This document shows, piece by piece, positions 15,769-29,535 of a DNA stretch of 64,000 nucleotides. Every line of letters begins with the position of its first letter. Positions within the stretch are counted from its first letter, which is position 1. Under the pieces are notes generated by a model. That model searched no databases. It was not told the origin of the DNA and was given only the letters and a program-made list of their open reading frames with translations. Source of the stretch: Tubiluchus corallicola (Eukaryota; Animalia; Priapulida); contig JAQGDQ010000264.1 in NCBI GenBank assembly GCA_030141605.1, positions 251,069 through 315,068 of the forward strand. Reading direction: 5' to 3'. The position numbers were made by a program, and so were the translations under genes.

Positions 15769-18700
15769 TAAGTTACATTTTATCAAGAAGCTTTTCACTT
15801 TGTTTTGCCGCTGAGAATCCTTTTAATACATTCGCCTATATGCTAAATATATATTATATACTACTATACTATTTGTATGGTATATACTACTATATTATAT
15901 ACTACTATACATTTAAATATTATTAAATAAACGATATTATATTGTTGACATAGTGACAATTAATAATGAGCAAAATAAAACCAAAAAAGTGCTGTAATGA
16001 CTAACTCGTTAACGAAATACAGACAAGTTATAAACAATGATCTTATAATATTCTAAAGTTCGTAGTTGGATAATATTGAAGTTCGTAGGCTATCATCGTG
16101 GCTTGTAGCCACACGGAGCATCCACGTGCTATAATGTATTAAAATTATGGTAATTACCGTTAAATTACGTGAACACTCTCGCTTTTTAAGTTTCAAGGAA
16201 AGTGACAGAATGTTGATTAATAAGTTTTTACTCGGCAATCAAATTAAAATCCAATTAGCAGCATTTGCCTTGCGCAATATGTCAATCATGAACCTCGTAA
16301 AATAACTTCCCGAGTGAGTTAATCCAGATGAAAATAAAGACCCCCATTCACTTTCCCTACTTCCTGAATTTTAGCCAGACATTGTAGCAACTGTTACTGG
16401 CGTTTAATCAATCACTAACTTGTTTTGATACAAGCTGCAAATCAGTTAACGCCTAACAGAAACTTCATTGTATCCGATCACTGACCAGGTACTAATTTAC
16501 CGGGCGCATAAATGCTTGTATTGTTCTGCTCCAGGAAGAAGTTCCGCTGTTTGTTATAGCGATACGCTCATGTTTGACATGATCCAACAGCTCGCGTGGG
16601 TCAGAGATTGACTTTGATGAAAGTGACTCTACGCGCATAGTTTGAACTTGTGTGGTCGGAAATAGAGTAACGTGTTACACTTCTAAAACGCAGCTTTATA
16701 CAGCCGCACAAAACGTTTAGGCTGATGGCAGTTTGAGCTGTAGACCTATTCTGTATGTCCTGTTAAAAAGGGAGTGGTTAAATGTCAAATCAAGACTTGC
16801 TGCAGTTTAACAGGCAATTATGAGACTTAAGGTACAATGACCAAAGTGTGTCCGAGTTCTGCATAGACTTTTTTAAGCTAATGTAATGCAAACGCAGAAA
16901 AGTAGACATTTTCGCTGGTTTCATCAATACCATGATTACACTTTTATTGCTGATTTGCTTTCAAGGAAAGGCCATTTATAAATTTAATAAGGCTAGATAT
17001 GGTGTTAAGCTTCCCCCTAGAACGGGGAATTCATTGAAGATTTTGCTGTACCTAAAAAAACATTTATTTCTAAAATACGCTTTAAGAAGTACTACTACTT
17101 TTGTAAATGTATTTTTCCTAAAATATTTTAGAAATTCATCAAAGAATGCGCGCCTCAGAGCACGAAAATTCTGCTATCTTATCCATTTTCCTAAATGTAA
17201 GAGCAATCTGTGATCTCTGTATAAATTCTTGAACAGCTTAACTATACAATGCATCTAATTATATCGGAATACCTAACCAAGTATTGAGCATGCCGCCCAA
17301 GTAAAATAAGGGTTTCATTTCATTGTTGTTGTAACAAGGTACTGCTTACGCTGTAGGCCTACACATACAAAGGCTATGTAAAAATTGTAAAATATTTTAT
17401 ATGCAAATTCAGCGAATGTGAAGGACGTCTTTCTTCAAACAAGGCCAAGTAACTCAATTTTGGCTTGGAACAGCTAAACAGGCATGTTTCCCGATGGGTC
17501 ATCTTCCAAAAAAGTACCCTCTAGTAATACATATAAATAAAATAATCACAGCTAATATATAGATTATAGCACAACTATAGTGAAAACAATATCGTGTGGT
17601 TTTTAACTTAATTAAATTGATGGATATGATTGGTCGATTTAAAATAAGCTTATATATATCTCAGTCGTAATCGTCATCTTTATTGTTGTCATCGTTGCTG
17701 TTGTCACAATTGTCGTAGTCATCCCAATGTATTACTGACAGGAAGCCAAGGACTTTAATCGCTACTTAACTGCATGAGATCGTTTTCTGAAATTATGTGA
17801 TTGAAAATTACGTGGACGGGGATTTAGTAAAAGCAAAGCCTTTAACTCAGTAACAAATTATTTATATCAATCGAACATACTAACATCGTTGCAAATGCTT
17901 CACTGACTTTGTTGATTTCTTCTACCCACAAAACTGATTAGATTGACCTCAAGTCTAGTTTTGTCTTGTCTCGTTTTATTAAAACAATATTGCAAGGCTT
18001 GCCAAATACTAATGAAAAAGATGGATTTAGTAATTTTCAATGGATTTAGTAAATGTAATGTTTCTGAAAATAAATATTAATGACTTCCCTTTTTGGACTC
18101 TGGTATATACGGTTTGCGACACAATCATGTAGGAACATTTTTGTCTAGATAAACTCAGATGTAGAATTGTTTTCCTTCATTCAGTCTTGATGCCGATGTA
18201 CAGATGTTATAAATTAACGTGAAAATTCAGTTAGACCTTTGAGGCGCGGGTCAATTTTGGCATCGAGCCAGAAAACTTTGAATTTTTACACTACTGCTGA
18301 ACCGACACGAATTATGTAATAGTTGCAAGTACGTGGTATGCCCACTATGACATACACCGCCACCATTAGCCAATAATGCGCGAACAGTCCACATTTTTCA
18401 ACATGTGTAAAAAAGCTTTACAGTATCCGGTTATTTTATTTTCTTGGCCTTATAATATACACGCATTTTTTACCAAGTCTATAGAGTAAATCATTAATCA
18501 AAATTTATCTTCCATGATTGCCAGGCAGTTTCAGGTGTGTTACGATTTATTCTTATATTCAAATAACAAAAAAGTTCAGTTCACTGATATCGTTTATACA
18601 GTGATCTCAATTTACCCAAGAAAACAATAAGCATATACAAGTGTTGAACTTTGATTGTTGTTCACTTAACCCTTTACCTGTTTATGTACACAGATGTTAA

Positions 18701-21446
18701 TGATGCCAAATCATTATCGATTCGTAGATAACCCAGGAAGAAAAGTGAGAGTTCTATCGCAGTAATTGCCATAATTTTCTTGTTTGCGTTTAATTTCGCG
18801 AGGCTTTTGTTGTTGGGAAAAAGTACATACTGCATTAACATGCTGGTGGTTGGTGTTAACAGAAGAAGATTGTTCTGTTAATAGGGATTTGACAAAATTA
18901 GCATAAATAATAAGCCTTCATCAGCAATCAATGTGCTTACAGGTTAATCAAGGTGGATGCAAACCTCATTGACAGAAGTAATATTTTTCAAATGTAAAAC
19001 GTTTTAAAAACGGCTCCAAAATTGTGAAATTTTGTAAGTACAGTCAAACCTGTTTATACCGGTTACTTTGCGACTGCAAAAAAGATGGCGTTATTTTGGC
19101 GCAGGAAAATTGGGCTCGGCCGTTTGGGCGCCAGAATCGACGCTAATTTCTGTGCTGCGCTACAAAACGCGATGTCTATAGTTGGCCTATTAGGTGGAGC
19201 CTCTTTGACTGCTTAGTTCAATGATAATTTTGGAAATTTACCTAAGGCTTTTGTAAACAATTATAAATTTTTATTGTCGTGAATGTGATAGTGTAATCCG
19301 TAAAAAAAACTTTGCTGCTGAACATTTCGCAAGAGATACCGTGAAGATGCTTAATCTTGAAAGTGATAATTATGTTATAAGCATTTTTTCTTACTAATTG
19401 ACCTGTTTTCCTTCGAATAGGCAGCTAGTATAAACAACGTTACTTAAAGCGTACCAAGAGCTCGATGAATAGTTGCAGGTTAACGTTAGGTTATTGTCAG
19501 CTCGCTTGGAACAAACTGGAAATGCTAGGTTGGCTTCTTCTGTCTGCGAATTTTAATAAACATTGCTAATAATGAACAACTAAATCTCACTGTTCATGTG
19601 GCTGACAAGCTTTGTTCATTTTAAAAGCTACACACAGGCTAATACTGAAAGTGGCGAAAGTGCAGATCTACCTCAAAACATACATTTCAAAACAATGAAT
19701 ATCAAATAACATTCGTCACGTCAGCGTAGAGTTTCAGCGCTCAACGCTACACATTTTTATTAACAAAAATGAACGTTATATGTGAAGTTTCTTCTCGATT
19801 TTGTAAACAGTTTTTATAGTAATAAATAGCTGTCAGGCTTCTTATAAATTATTTTCCTGAAAACTATAACTTCACTAGATTTCAGAAGAATATCAGCAGA
19901 TACCTACTATCACTAGCAGATTTGTTATGTTAATTTTATTTCTCTGGACATGTTTATTATGAGTGGACTTTGGTCTTTTTGGGCGATTTGTACAAAAATA
20001 ACAGGTTTCCCACTTTTCCATTTGAGTTTTCGAAACTAGTTTATAAAAATATCACACTGACTCTCAATTGAATTCCTGATTTAATCTCATCAAGTGACAG
20101 TGATGATGATAATGTTGACGATGATGACTCCACCCGGAATCTATAGATCAACTGAAGATCACAAATGAATGGTCTTCTGACCGCCAGCTAGAACACTGCC
20201 ACTTCTTTTCTGACCACAAGAGGGCGCTAAAACATCTACGCGGCAATAGACGTAAATCTGATTTATGACTCTGATGCTCTGTCACTCCCAAGACCTATAA
20301 GTTGCCTGATCAGGACCCAGTTTGACCTACAGTCATGACCCACTTGCACTGGCAATGACTGTCCCAGAGCTAATTCATACAGATATAATAATATTTTTGG
20401 TCTGTGCTCTCACAACTAGAGTGAAAGAAATAATTATCTACATATATACTCATTGTTTAAAATGTTTAGATATAAGTTTAAAAAGTAAGAAGAAAACAAA
20501 ACATCTGTAAGCTTCACTTTTCTTCCTCAAACACCCATTAGAGATGCATTCTGGGAGGCCTGCCATTTCTGTGCTTTTCAAGAGGCTTTTCATTTTGTGC
20601 TTTGCAATTGTGTTGATTCACCTCAAACTTTAAGCTAGGACCCTGTTGAAAAAACAGTCTCAAGTTGTGAATGGGTTGACTAGGACCTGAGATGTACCCA
20701 TTACAACTGGACTGTCTCAGCCTGGCTTTGTACACGTTTGCATATTTTATAGTAAGTTACTAAGCGTTGGAAGCTTGACAGCAAGCAAAAGTGCTAAATT
20801 GTGTATTAAAATTACCACATTTTTGCAATTTATTAAATTTCTAGTTAAATTCACAATAACAGACACTGAAGATATGTTTAAGTTTCGTGGGATTTTTATC
20901 TCAAATAAACTCTTCTAAGACGATAAAACCAGTCTGCATGCTAAGCTTAGCAACATCTACTAATGAACATTATTCTTAGTAAATATGAAGCTTGACAACA
21001 AATACACAACCATTAATTAATAAAATTCAAGGTGATGGCCACCTAGAGGCCACTTTTTATAAGTGATGCAACTGTACAAAATTAAAGCATGTATGCCATA
21101 AAAGTTAGTAATCCTATGTCACAGGACTTATGGTATTAGTGATTCTTTGACGTAGTGATCAATACTGACAATGCCACATTAATAAATATATTTTAAAAAT
21201 TACTGAATATAAGCATTGTTTATGATAACTAAGTAGTAGTGTACAAAAACAGTCGCTAATTCTATCTCGCTACAAGTGTTCATTATACAAATGTAGTCAA
21301 ACACCTTAACAGTAACTAGTACCTGTGACATTTTTAATATCATCTTCTAATCAAAATGAAGCCATAAAAGGTCATTAGTGCACCCTCAAGCATTTTTATT
21401 GCAGTATCTCATATTTTTACTATAAAAACACTGGAGTTATTTTGTC

Positions 21447-21793
21447 CACTGCCGGATTAAGGATGGGATTTATGGCTGCAGCCCAGGGCCCTCCGCCACC
21501 TGAGAGGCCCACGGAGACTAAGTGAAATTAATTTACTGTGAAAAGTCACTACAAAATGAGAATAGATTATCTCTTTAAAATGGCTCAATTAATTAATGTA
21601 CTATACAATAAAACACATCTCCATTATTCCAACTCACTGGTACTGCCACACCAGTAAATGTTGGCATTATGTTGTAGAAGTTGAATAAACTGATTTGAAG
21701 AATCCAACATTCATGCTTTTGTTAATTGTCACTGGGGGCCAGGGGCTCACAGCATCTGTAGCCCAGGGGCCTACAAAATCAAAATCTGGCCTG
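21447..21793. mobile_element. Degenerate hAT-like MITE
   Basis: cactgccggatt...aatctggcctg ends, repeated gcccaggg motifs, partial TSD attttgtc/attttact. Confidence 0.5.
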
Positions 21794-23176
21794 ATTTTAC
21801 TGTATATGTAAAAAACAAATACGCTCCCATGTTGTCTTCCCCCGTACAGAAAACACAAATTACCAGTTTTTCAACTTTGTGTGGCTTCATAATGATCTTT
21901 TCTACCACAAAGCATTTCTGTCATTAGAGTATCACTAACAATTTCCCAACATGCATATAAACACATTTTAAAACAATAACCTAAATATACAGCTTTGTTT
22001 AATAATACAAATAATTATAAACCCTTCACATAAAAACTAGTTTATATCAGTTGAATCACAGAAAATATTCACTGGTTTCAGTAATCTGCCGGTCAGCTTT
22101 ATTCAAAAGTACTATGGTAACTAAATTTTACAACAATTACTCAAATTTATTCCAACAATAAAATTACAAAACAACATACAGTGAATGGAATGCCATCACA
22201 CACATTATAGAAAAAATAATCTTGTCAGTATAATCAAACAAAAATTATTATTAACTAGCCTGGTTTAGTCTGTACCTTCTACTATTTGCAGTAAAACTGT
22301 AACAAAAGTACTAGCAGATTCGATGCAATAAAGAGTGTGAACATCTGAGTTCATTTAGCAGAATAAGAATATTTACAAGACAGCAGACACGAATCATTGC
22401 AGAGTATACCTAAGGTGTTCTGCTGAATTAGGTCCCTTGTTTTCACCCCTTTTTACAAAATACGTAATTATAATGCTTATATCGATAGTTAAATGACGGA
22501 TAAAGGCTTTGTGAAAGTCCAATAAATCAATGGCAGTGCTATAAACTAACCAATCATGGGCTCAAACTAGTTTAGTTGTGCTTTCTAAATGCTATTTTCA
22601 ATTATCTTAGCAAATTTTCAATAGTCTAACGTTAACCTAATTTTTGATACTAAAGAAATACGTGCAGAATTAATGCAGAAAAAGAATAATTTGCTTTCTA
22701 AAGGCTTGCAGACAATAGTACTAACATTTTTTATGATTAATTTAAAATGCAATGAAGAGACAATAAGTTTAATAGGCCACAGAAGAGAAGGTTTTGAAAC
22801 AAAGGAAACTTAGGTTTACTAACCTTGAGGTACATGTGGTTATTTACTTAAACATGTAAATTCGGTGAATAACTATTCCACAATATACTTCAGACTAGAC
22901 TAACCTTACTCTCCTGAGAATTGTTTCTCAACCACACTCATTTAAATTAACCGTGCACAATCTACAACCATCTGTACTTAAGTTACCTAGCATTTCCTAA
23001 CCTAAGTGCTACCAAGTTAAAACTATACTTGGAGCGCTTGACAAAATTAGTCCTTGTTAACTTTACAATTCCCAAAATATACCTATATACTTGAACAATT
23101 GCCCTCTATGGTAAAACTTATCTACATAGAAATTCTACAAATTGTCACGTGTTATTTTGTGCAAACGACTGACATA

Positions 23177-23887
23177 CAATAAGTCTTCACTTAGCAACGC
23201 TAATGCATTCCAGCGAAAAGCGACGTTAAGCAAAACGTCGTTAAACGAAGCCAAAACTTCCATAGGAAGTAAAGTAAAAGAATTGAGATATGTTCCAGAG
23301 GCAAAACTCAATGCTGTTTAAATCATACAAATTAAACATTTTATGGGTTTTATTCATATTTCTACTGATTAATGTTTTTCTGTTTGTTTGAAACCACCTA
23401 TCCTTTTTACCAATACCTAGCTAGCAGTTTTTCTTTTTTTAATGTTGAAGCCCAAAGCAGCAGTTAAACACTGCGTAGTGAAATTCAAGTCCTGTGGCGA
23501 TCTTGGAACAATTTCATCTGGATATTCCACCTAGTTCCTATAGCAACAGGTTGCAGGCAAAATTCCTTCACGACAAGTTTGCTCTCAGGTGCAAATAGAT
23601 TTGGCTTGATACAAACGGTTAGCATTTAGTAATCTGTTAGGAAGCAAAAACATGTAATAATTGCACTGTTTCACATTACTAGTGCATTTTTAGAATGGAA
23701 TGTACTGTTTTAACATTTCAGATTAAGTAAAAATATTGTTGATAAAATAAAAATTGGCTATGAGAAAAGTAAAAAAAAATGTCATTAAAATGAAATGTGA
23801 ATCGTTCAGTGAAAAAATGTGTCAAATGTTCAGTGTCGTTAAAGCGAAACGTCGCTAAACGAGGAGTCGTTAAGCGAGGACTTGCTG
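23177..23887. mobile_element. Older Tigger-like MITE
   Basis: Imperfect TIR caataagtcttcacttagc / cagcaagtcctcgcttaac, TA flanks, repeated cgttaa(g)cg subterminal motifs. Confidence 0.7.
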
Positions 23888-24293
23888 TACTTGAAATGCT
23901 TGACAAAATTAGTCCTTATTAACTTTATAACTCCCAAATATCTACATACTTGAGCAATTGCTCACTGCTCACTGGTAAAACTTATCTACGTAGAAACTCT
24001 ACAAATCGTCATACGTTATTTTGTGCATAATAGTAATGTATGATTGATATACCAATTGCATATAATATGTAATAGGTAACTTATCTTGTATCTGGAAGTC
24101 ATGTGACAATCATATCAATTTACAGGAGAAAACTAAAATGGGAAAAACTTTTTGATTGACACTTACATTCACTAATAACTACAGTTTATAAAAACGTGAG
24201 ATCAAGGTCATAATTACCAGGTATCTACAGTCATGAAATCTACAGCTATTGATAAATATTATGTATATATTAAGTTCCTGTGCACAAGCCATT

Positions 24294-24454
24294 TTATCTC
24301 TTCGCCTTGACAATGTAACCTTTTGTTTTAATTATGCCGCGTTGTCGAATCATCACAGAATAACGCACGACCCAGGATGCTTCCCAGTTTTTCCCAGCTT
24401 CCTCTCCGCAACGGGAGCTAACTATTCTCTGGAAATCATCAGACTTTAGAAACA
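24294..24454 (-). CDS. GCLM: GCLM terminal coding exon (glutamate-cysteine ligase modifier subunit)
   Basis: VFLKSDDFQRIVSSRCGEEAGKNWEASWVVRYSVMIRQRGIIKTKGYIVKAKR-stop (cf. human WLLRYSVIVKSRGIIKSKGYI). Confidence 0.95.
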
Positions 24455-25177
24455 CTGAAACAAACAGATTTCAAAGAAACAATAATGCAGGTAAACAAAC
24501 ATCTTATAAAATTGATTTTTGATTTAACACTCAATAAACCTTCAAGGCCATAACGTGGCATTTTATTCAAACTGACTTAATTAAATGTAACCTTTTCACT
24601 TTTGTGCAACTTGTATTGTAACTGGCATAACAGAATATTTTGAGAATGCAACTTTGGCTATATGTACCATCAGTCTTACTGTCAAAACTGTAATTGCCAC
24701 CACCATAGCCGTTGATACCCCCAGCTGCACCATCACAAGTACCACCACTTTTGTCAACACTAGCTTCAACGCGTAATTTAAAAAGTAGTTTTGTTTTGTG
24801 TGGTAGTGATCTTGCAAATTATAGGATAGAAAACTGACTACACTGTTTGAAGTGTACGTTCAGTGATAACTAATCTTTTCTGTCCACGTTTTTGACATTA
24901 GGTATTTTGTGGCCCATATATTAACTTGTTGGCCAACAGAGGACAGCACCGTCGTTTATTTTCAGTAGACTAATTCAAAAAGTGTGCCTAGCATGCACCG
25001 GTATCACTACTATTGAAGATGTGTCAGTTAATTTGCAAGTTAAGTGTGACAGTAGTCTCGTCACATAGGCCAGTAAAATAGCATTTTCAAATCAAGAAAT
25101 GTCAAGGGAAGTGTATACCTAAGAAGTACCACACTGTTAGATATAAATCATAAATTAACATAAAAGTACTGTAGTAC

Positions 25178-25292
25178 CTTTGTGATCATTGTGTGAAAGC
25201 AGTTGAATGTCATTGTTCTTGGCAAATTCTACGAGGTCTTCAGGCATCGTGCAACATAAAGCCAAGTTCCAATGATCTGTGTTGGGCTTCAC
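25178..25292 (-). CDS. GCLM: GCLM exon
   Basis: VKPNTDHWNLALCCTMPEDLVEFAKNNDIQLLSHNDHK (cf. human VKPNSNQVNLASCCVMPPDLTAFAKQFDIQLLTHNDPK). Confidence 0.95.
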
Positions 25293-26143
25293 CTAAATTG
25301 AAAAGACTGAATCAATTCAGGTCCAAATTCGTGAGCATGGTCATGTTTACACCCGCTCACCTGACCATGCCTGGTTTACTCATGTCAAAAACAGTACTGA
25401 TTGTTACGCTAACATGCGATTGACCAATGCACATAGTGCTAATGATTAATTATTATCACTTGAATATAACGTGGTTCAGTGTGGTTTATTCATGTGTGAC
25501 TGGGATTTTTCCCTAAATTCACATTTTATCTACTATTTGGGCTCTTAGACAATCACAGCTTTTTAACCAAACAGTTGTCTGAGACACTACCTCAGATGTC
25601 TACCCTGCAAGTTTCATGACTTTAGCTACTATAGTTTGAGAGTCATTCAATGTTGTGACTCAAACTGACCGAAGTGGTATTTACTCTCTAGTAGAGCCTT
25701 TGATCGAGTCATCACTCACCATGCCATACTGTTGTCTATACCCCTATCCTAGTGTTTACCCTCCAAGTTTTAATAACCTAGTGGTTCAGCCATTTGCATT
25801 TGAAAGTTAACATGAATTAAAACTGGATTCCCAAAACATAAAGATGAAAATAAAGGAAAAATCAGCAATATGGGTTGCCTTAAAATTCACTGCTCAGGAA
25901 TTAAAAACTGTTCAGGAATGTACTGTGCAATTACGCATTTATTATGATATCAAATGAAATAAGTTTAGTAACATCTTAAGCATTTTAAATAGAATAGCAA
26001 ATAAAAGAAATAAAATGTCAAAACTAAGAAAATTTATATATAGTCAATAGAATGACAAAACCAAATAATCAGTTTTACACTTTTTTCTTTTTCGCAAAAC
26101 ATTTTGCAAACCTGCATTTAAGATACACTTTTCACGCACCTAC

Positions 26144-26349
26144 CTTTGCCCAATTAAATAATTCTTCAAGCTTCTTCTTGTCTAAATCACTAACGCCTAA
26201 TGAAAGTACTTTGTCACTGGCCACAAGTTCTTCCAGAACCAACCAAAATGGTTTAATTTGCTCCAATGGAATCTCTTCTTCTAAAAATTCCTCTTGAGGA
26301 AATGCAATGATTAGAGAGTCTATAGAGTTGGCTCCAAGATCACACAGTG
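26144..26349 (-). CDS. GCLM: GCLM exon (aldo-keto-reductase-like fold)
   Basis: LCDLGANSIDSLIIAFP...LEQIKPFWLVLEELVASDKVLSLGVSDLDKKKLEELFNWAK; ttttag / gtaggt. Confidence 0.94.
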
Positions 26350-27453
26350 CTAAAAAGAAAACCAATCACAATTATTGAAAGTGCAAGAAAAGTGTGAAAA
26401 GAGGAAGCCATATTTTCTTATTTTTTCATCAACTTTTTTATCAGCAAAGATAATTTCTGAGCATCTGTCATCCGACAAGTAATTTTTATCGAACAAATAA
26501 AAATAATCCATTAAATCTAACAAAAAAAAATAACAAATAAAAAGCCCTGCTTTTTGATTGCCCACAACACATTTACCTTCGTGTATAAGAGAATAGTGCT
26601 TGAGGCTTTTCTGTGCAGTATTTTTTATTTGTATTATATACATTGTAGGCCCTTTCACTAGATATTGTATATGTAACCTGTAAATGTGTATGGTGAAATA
26701 AATGACTTAATGACTTAAAAAAAAAATTGTCAAATAAAAGGTCTGAAATTGCACAAAAGCTGCAGCTGGGCAACGTGTTAAATAAAAAAGAAACTGATGA
26801 ACTGGGTCATTTAATCTGCATAAACCTTTCACATTTCATTTTTGCTAAGCGCACGCGCAGTTACCATAGGTCAAAGGTTAGCTGAACCCAGCGCCTCTTA
26901 CTTAACTACAATGGTCACGTGACCTTATGTAGGAGAAAACGGGTGAAACGTGTGAATATTTTTATTACACGCTACATACTTTTAAACTAACATGTTATTC
27001 TTATCCTTACTTGTTATACTAGCAAATAGTAGCAGCAATCCATGAAAAATGAAATAAATGAAGCAAAAATTAATGCCAAGAAATGTTATTAGTACAACTG
27101 CATGGGGCTCGAGGTGTCAAGTGTAAACAAATGCATTGTTTGGTTCAAATAATGCTGCTAAGTTCACTTAACCTGGGACCTTTTCACGATCATCATCAAT
27201 TGTTGGAACTGTGAAAATGCTTATTGTCAAATGACTGCACAAAAAGGTCTGAAATTGCAGAAAAGTTGCAGCCAGGCAACATGACATAAAATGAAACTAA
27301 TGTGCTGGGTCAGTTAATCAGAATTAACTAAAAAAAAAACAATGTTGAAGTCAACTCTTTAAGTAGCTGAATCCAAGTCAAATTCTTGAAGTTCAAGTTC
27401 AAGTAATTTATAATTAACAGCAACATCCAAAGCTACATATTATTATTACTTAC

Positions 27454-27510
27454 TTCTTGCCACACCTTCTCTCAGTGCTTTACTATCCCATTCATGTAGA
27501 AACAACTTGA
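27454..27510 (-). CDS. GCLM: GCLM exon
   Basis: VKLFLHEWDSKALREGVAR; ttgcag / gtaagt; phase 1-1. Confidence 0.85.
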
Positions 27511-27700
27511 CTGCAAAAAACAGATTAATACATCAATATTTCACTCAGTAGGAGTCAACATTTTAGTGTCTTAAGTATTTCTTAATTTGCTAAAGAATAA
27601 GAAGCTCAGTAATTATTCTTTTTCATAACTGCAGACCCAAATCAGCAAGTTTGGATAACGGCTAATAAAGTTTGAAATTTGGCTACATACTTCAATTATA

Positions 27701-28462
27701 CAGTAGTCGCCGCTTAATAGACTCACTTTGGGACCGACGTGTTTTGACTATTAACCGATGGGTGTAGTATTACAGGTATAGAAGTGTGAGTCATCAGCTT
27801 AATATGCACTGCAAAGGTTTTTAATGAATTTTATAAATGAAGTAATGCCTAAATTTCTATGTGCAGTTAAAAATTAGAAAAAAATTTAAAATATTAATTT
27901 ATATAAGTGAATTAGCAATAAACAGAAGGTATACTTTTCTAAATCACAGACTTTTCTAAGTCTGTTTATTTGCAAAAATTCCTTCAAAGTCGGCTGCTTC
28001 ATTTTCTCGCGAAGAAGTCGGCCAGCAATGAAAATCTGTTGTGCTTGACTAAAACAGTTCTGAATCTGAATAGCTTCCAGAAATTCTTTGGGTGACGAGG
28101 TTAATTGCAGTGGACGAGGGGGTAACAGATTCAAAGCAAGACCGCTACGCTAGCCTATTAGCACATAATAAACGTACGTGCTTACAAACAAAACGGTACT
28201 TAACATGATTGTTTCTACATATATAATGCACAAAAGGGAAGTAAAAAGATGACATAAAAGTAGGAAAGGTTCTTTGGGTACATACAAATATGTTATTTTA
28301 AGTAGGTGAAGGAAAAATATTGAGTCAATTAGGCAAAGTTATTTTAGTCAATTACTGATAGTTTTTATGTATATTTGAATAGAAGTGGCCAGTTCCAGGC
28401 ATTTTTGAGTCAATTAAGCGGCTGAGTCTATTAACCGTGAGTCTATTAAGCGGCGACTACTG
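27701..28462 (-). mobile_element. pogo/Tigger-derived non-autonomous DNA transposon
   Basis: Perfect 26-bp TIR cagtagtcgccgcttaatagactcac, TA TSD; internal relic KMKQPTLKEFL resembles a pogo transposase C-terminus. Confidence 0.85.
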
Positions 28463-28800
28463 TATAACAGAACTTTTCAATATAACTATTTCAAAATGAG
28501 TGACGTGACAATTATTATACAAATTTATTAATACTTGAGTCACAATGGACCCTATTAACTATTTTATTTTTTGCGCAGGATGACTAATTACCTTAATACA
28601 GTCTAGTACCAAAACAAACTACACCATTCCGATGATGCAACACAACAAGTTTACTTAATTACTAGACTGTTCAGAATTCTGTACACAAAAACAGCTAAAA
28701 TCTGAGATAACTTTATTTAATAATTCCCCTAACACTAGGTTTCTCTTAAATCATCACACAATCAATATACGAAAACTTTGCAGGAGAAAACACCACTTAC

Positions 28801-28882
28801 CAGAGAGCTTTAAGTGATCTCGTTCTGAATCTTGTATCTTCTGTATATATTTTCTATTACACACTTCCACAAGGTCTTCTGT
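28801..28882 (-). CDS. GCLM: GCLM exon
   Basis: TEDLVEVCNRKYIQKIQDSERDHLKLS (cf. human EKINPDEREEMKVS); ttttag / gtaagt. Confidence 0.85.
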
Positions 28883-29407
28883 CTAAAAGCAACACCAACA
28901 TACATAAAATACCAAAAAATTATTCTGATCAAAAACAAACGAAGGCTGTGCACTGATGTATTACTGTCACTGCCTAAGCACAGCAGGCTAGCACTGTCGA
29001 ATCCTGGTAATGTGATTTTCAAGGGAGCAAAATATTTTTTGTAAGCGTGTTTTGTACTACTCACCACGTACATTTTTATTGTACTACAAGTCATATGCTA
29101 CATCTAATGTAAAATAGCAGTAATGAACTGGTCAGTAGTCTCTACATCAGTCTTCTTTTCAAATAAACACAATTATTTAGCCCACCATTCACCAGAGCTA
29201 CTTTCATTGTCTGTACTGGCAGCTAGGCTGTATTGAGTTGAGATAAGCTGGCCAATGTTATCAGCTACATTGCTGCACAACTAGCGCTTATTATAAACTA
29301 AAGTACACTAACGGCTAGTGCTACACGAGAGAAAAATTTATAAATTTTAGAAATAACATTGGAGATTTCGGGGCAGTTTAACACCAGAGAGTGAAACAGA
29401 AAAACGA

Positions 29408-29412
<5 letters not shown>

Positions 29413-29455
<43 letters not shown>

Positions 29456-29470
29456 AGGGAGGGAGAGGGA

Positions 29471-29533
<63 letters not shown>
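29413..29533. repeat. (AG)n microsatellite
   Basis: Direct observation. Confidence 0.97.

Positions 29534-29535
<2 letters not shown>

Noticed and set aside
1-24000. Short ORFs of 60-93 aa in the first 24 kb
   Set aside because: AT-rich random-like composition, no recognisable domains and no consistent exon chain; small exons of an unrecognised gene cannot be excluded.
26914-26923. Perfect CLEAR/E-box palindrome GTCACGTGAC in a GCLM intron
   Set aside because: A single 10-mer in a repeat-like context with no supporting evidence.
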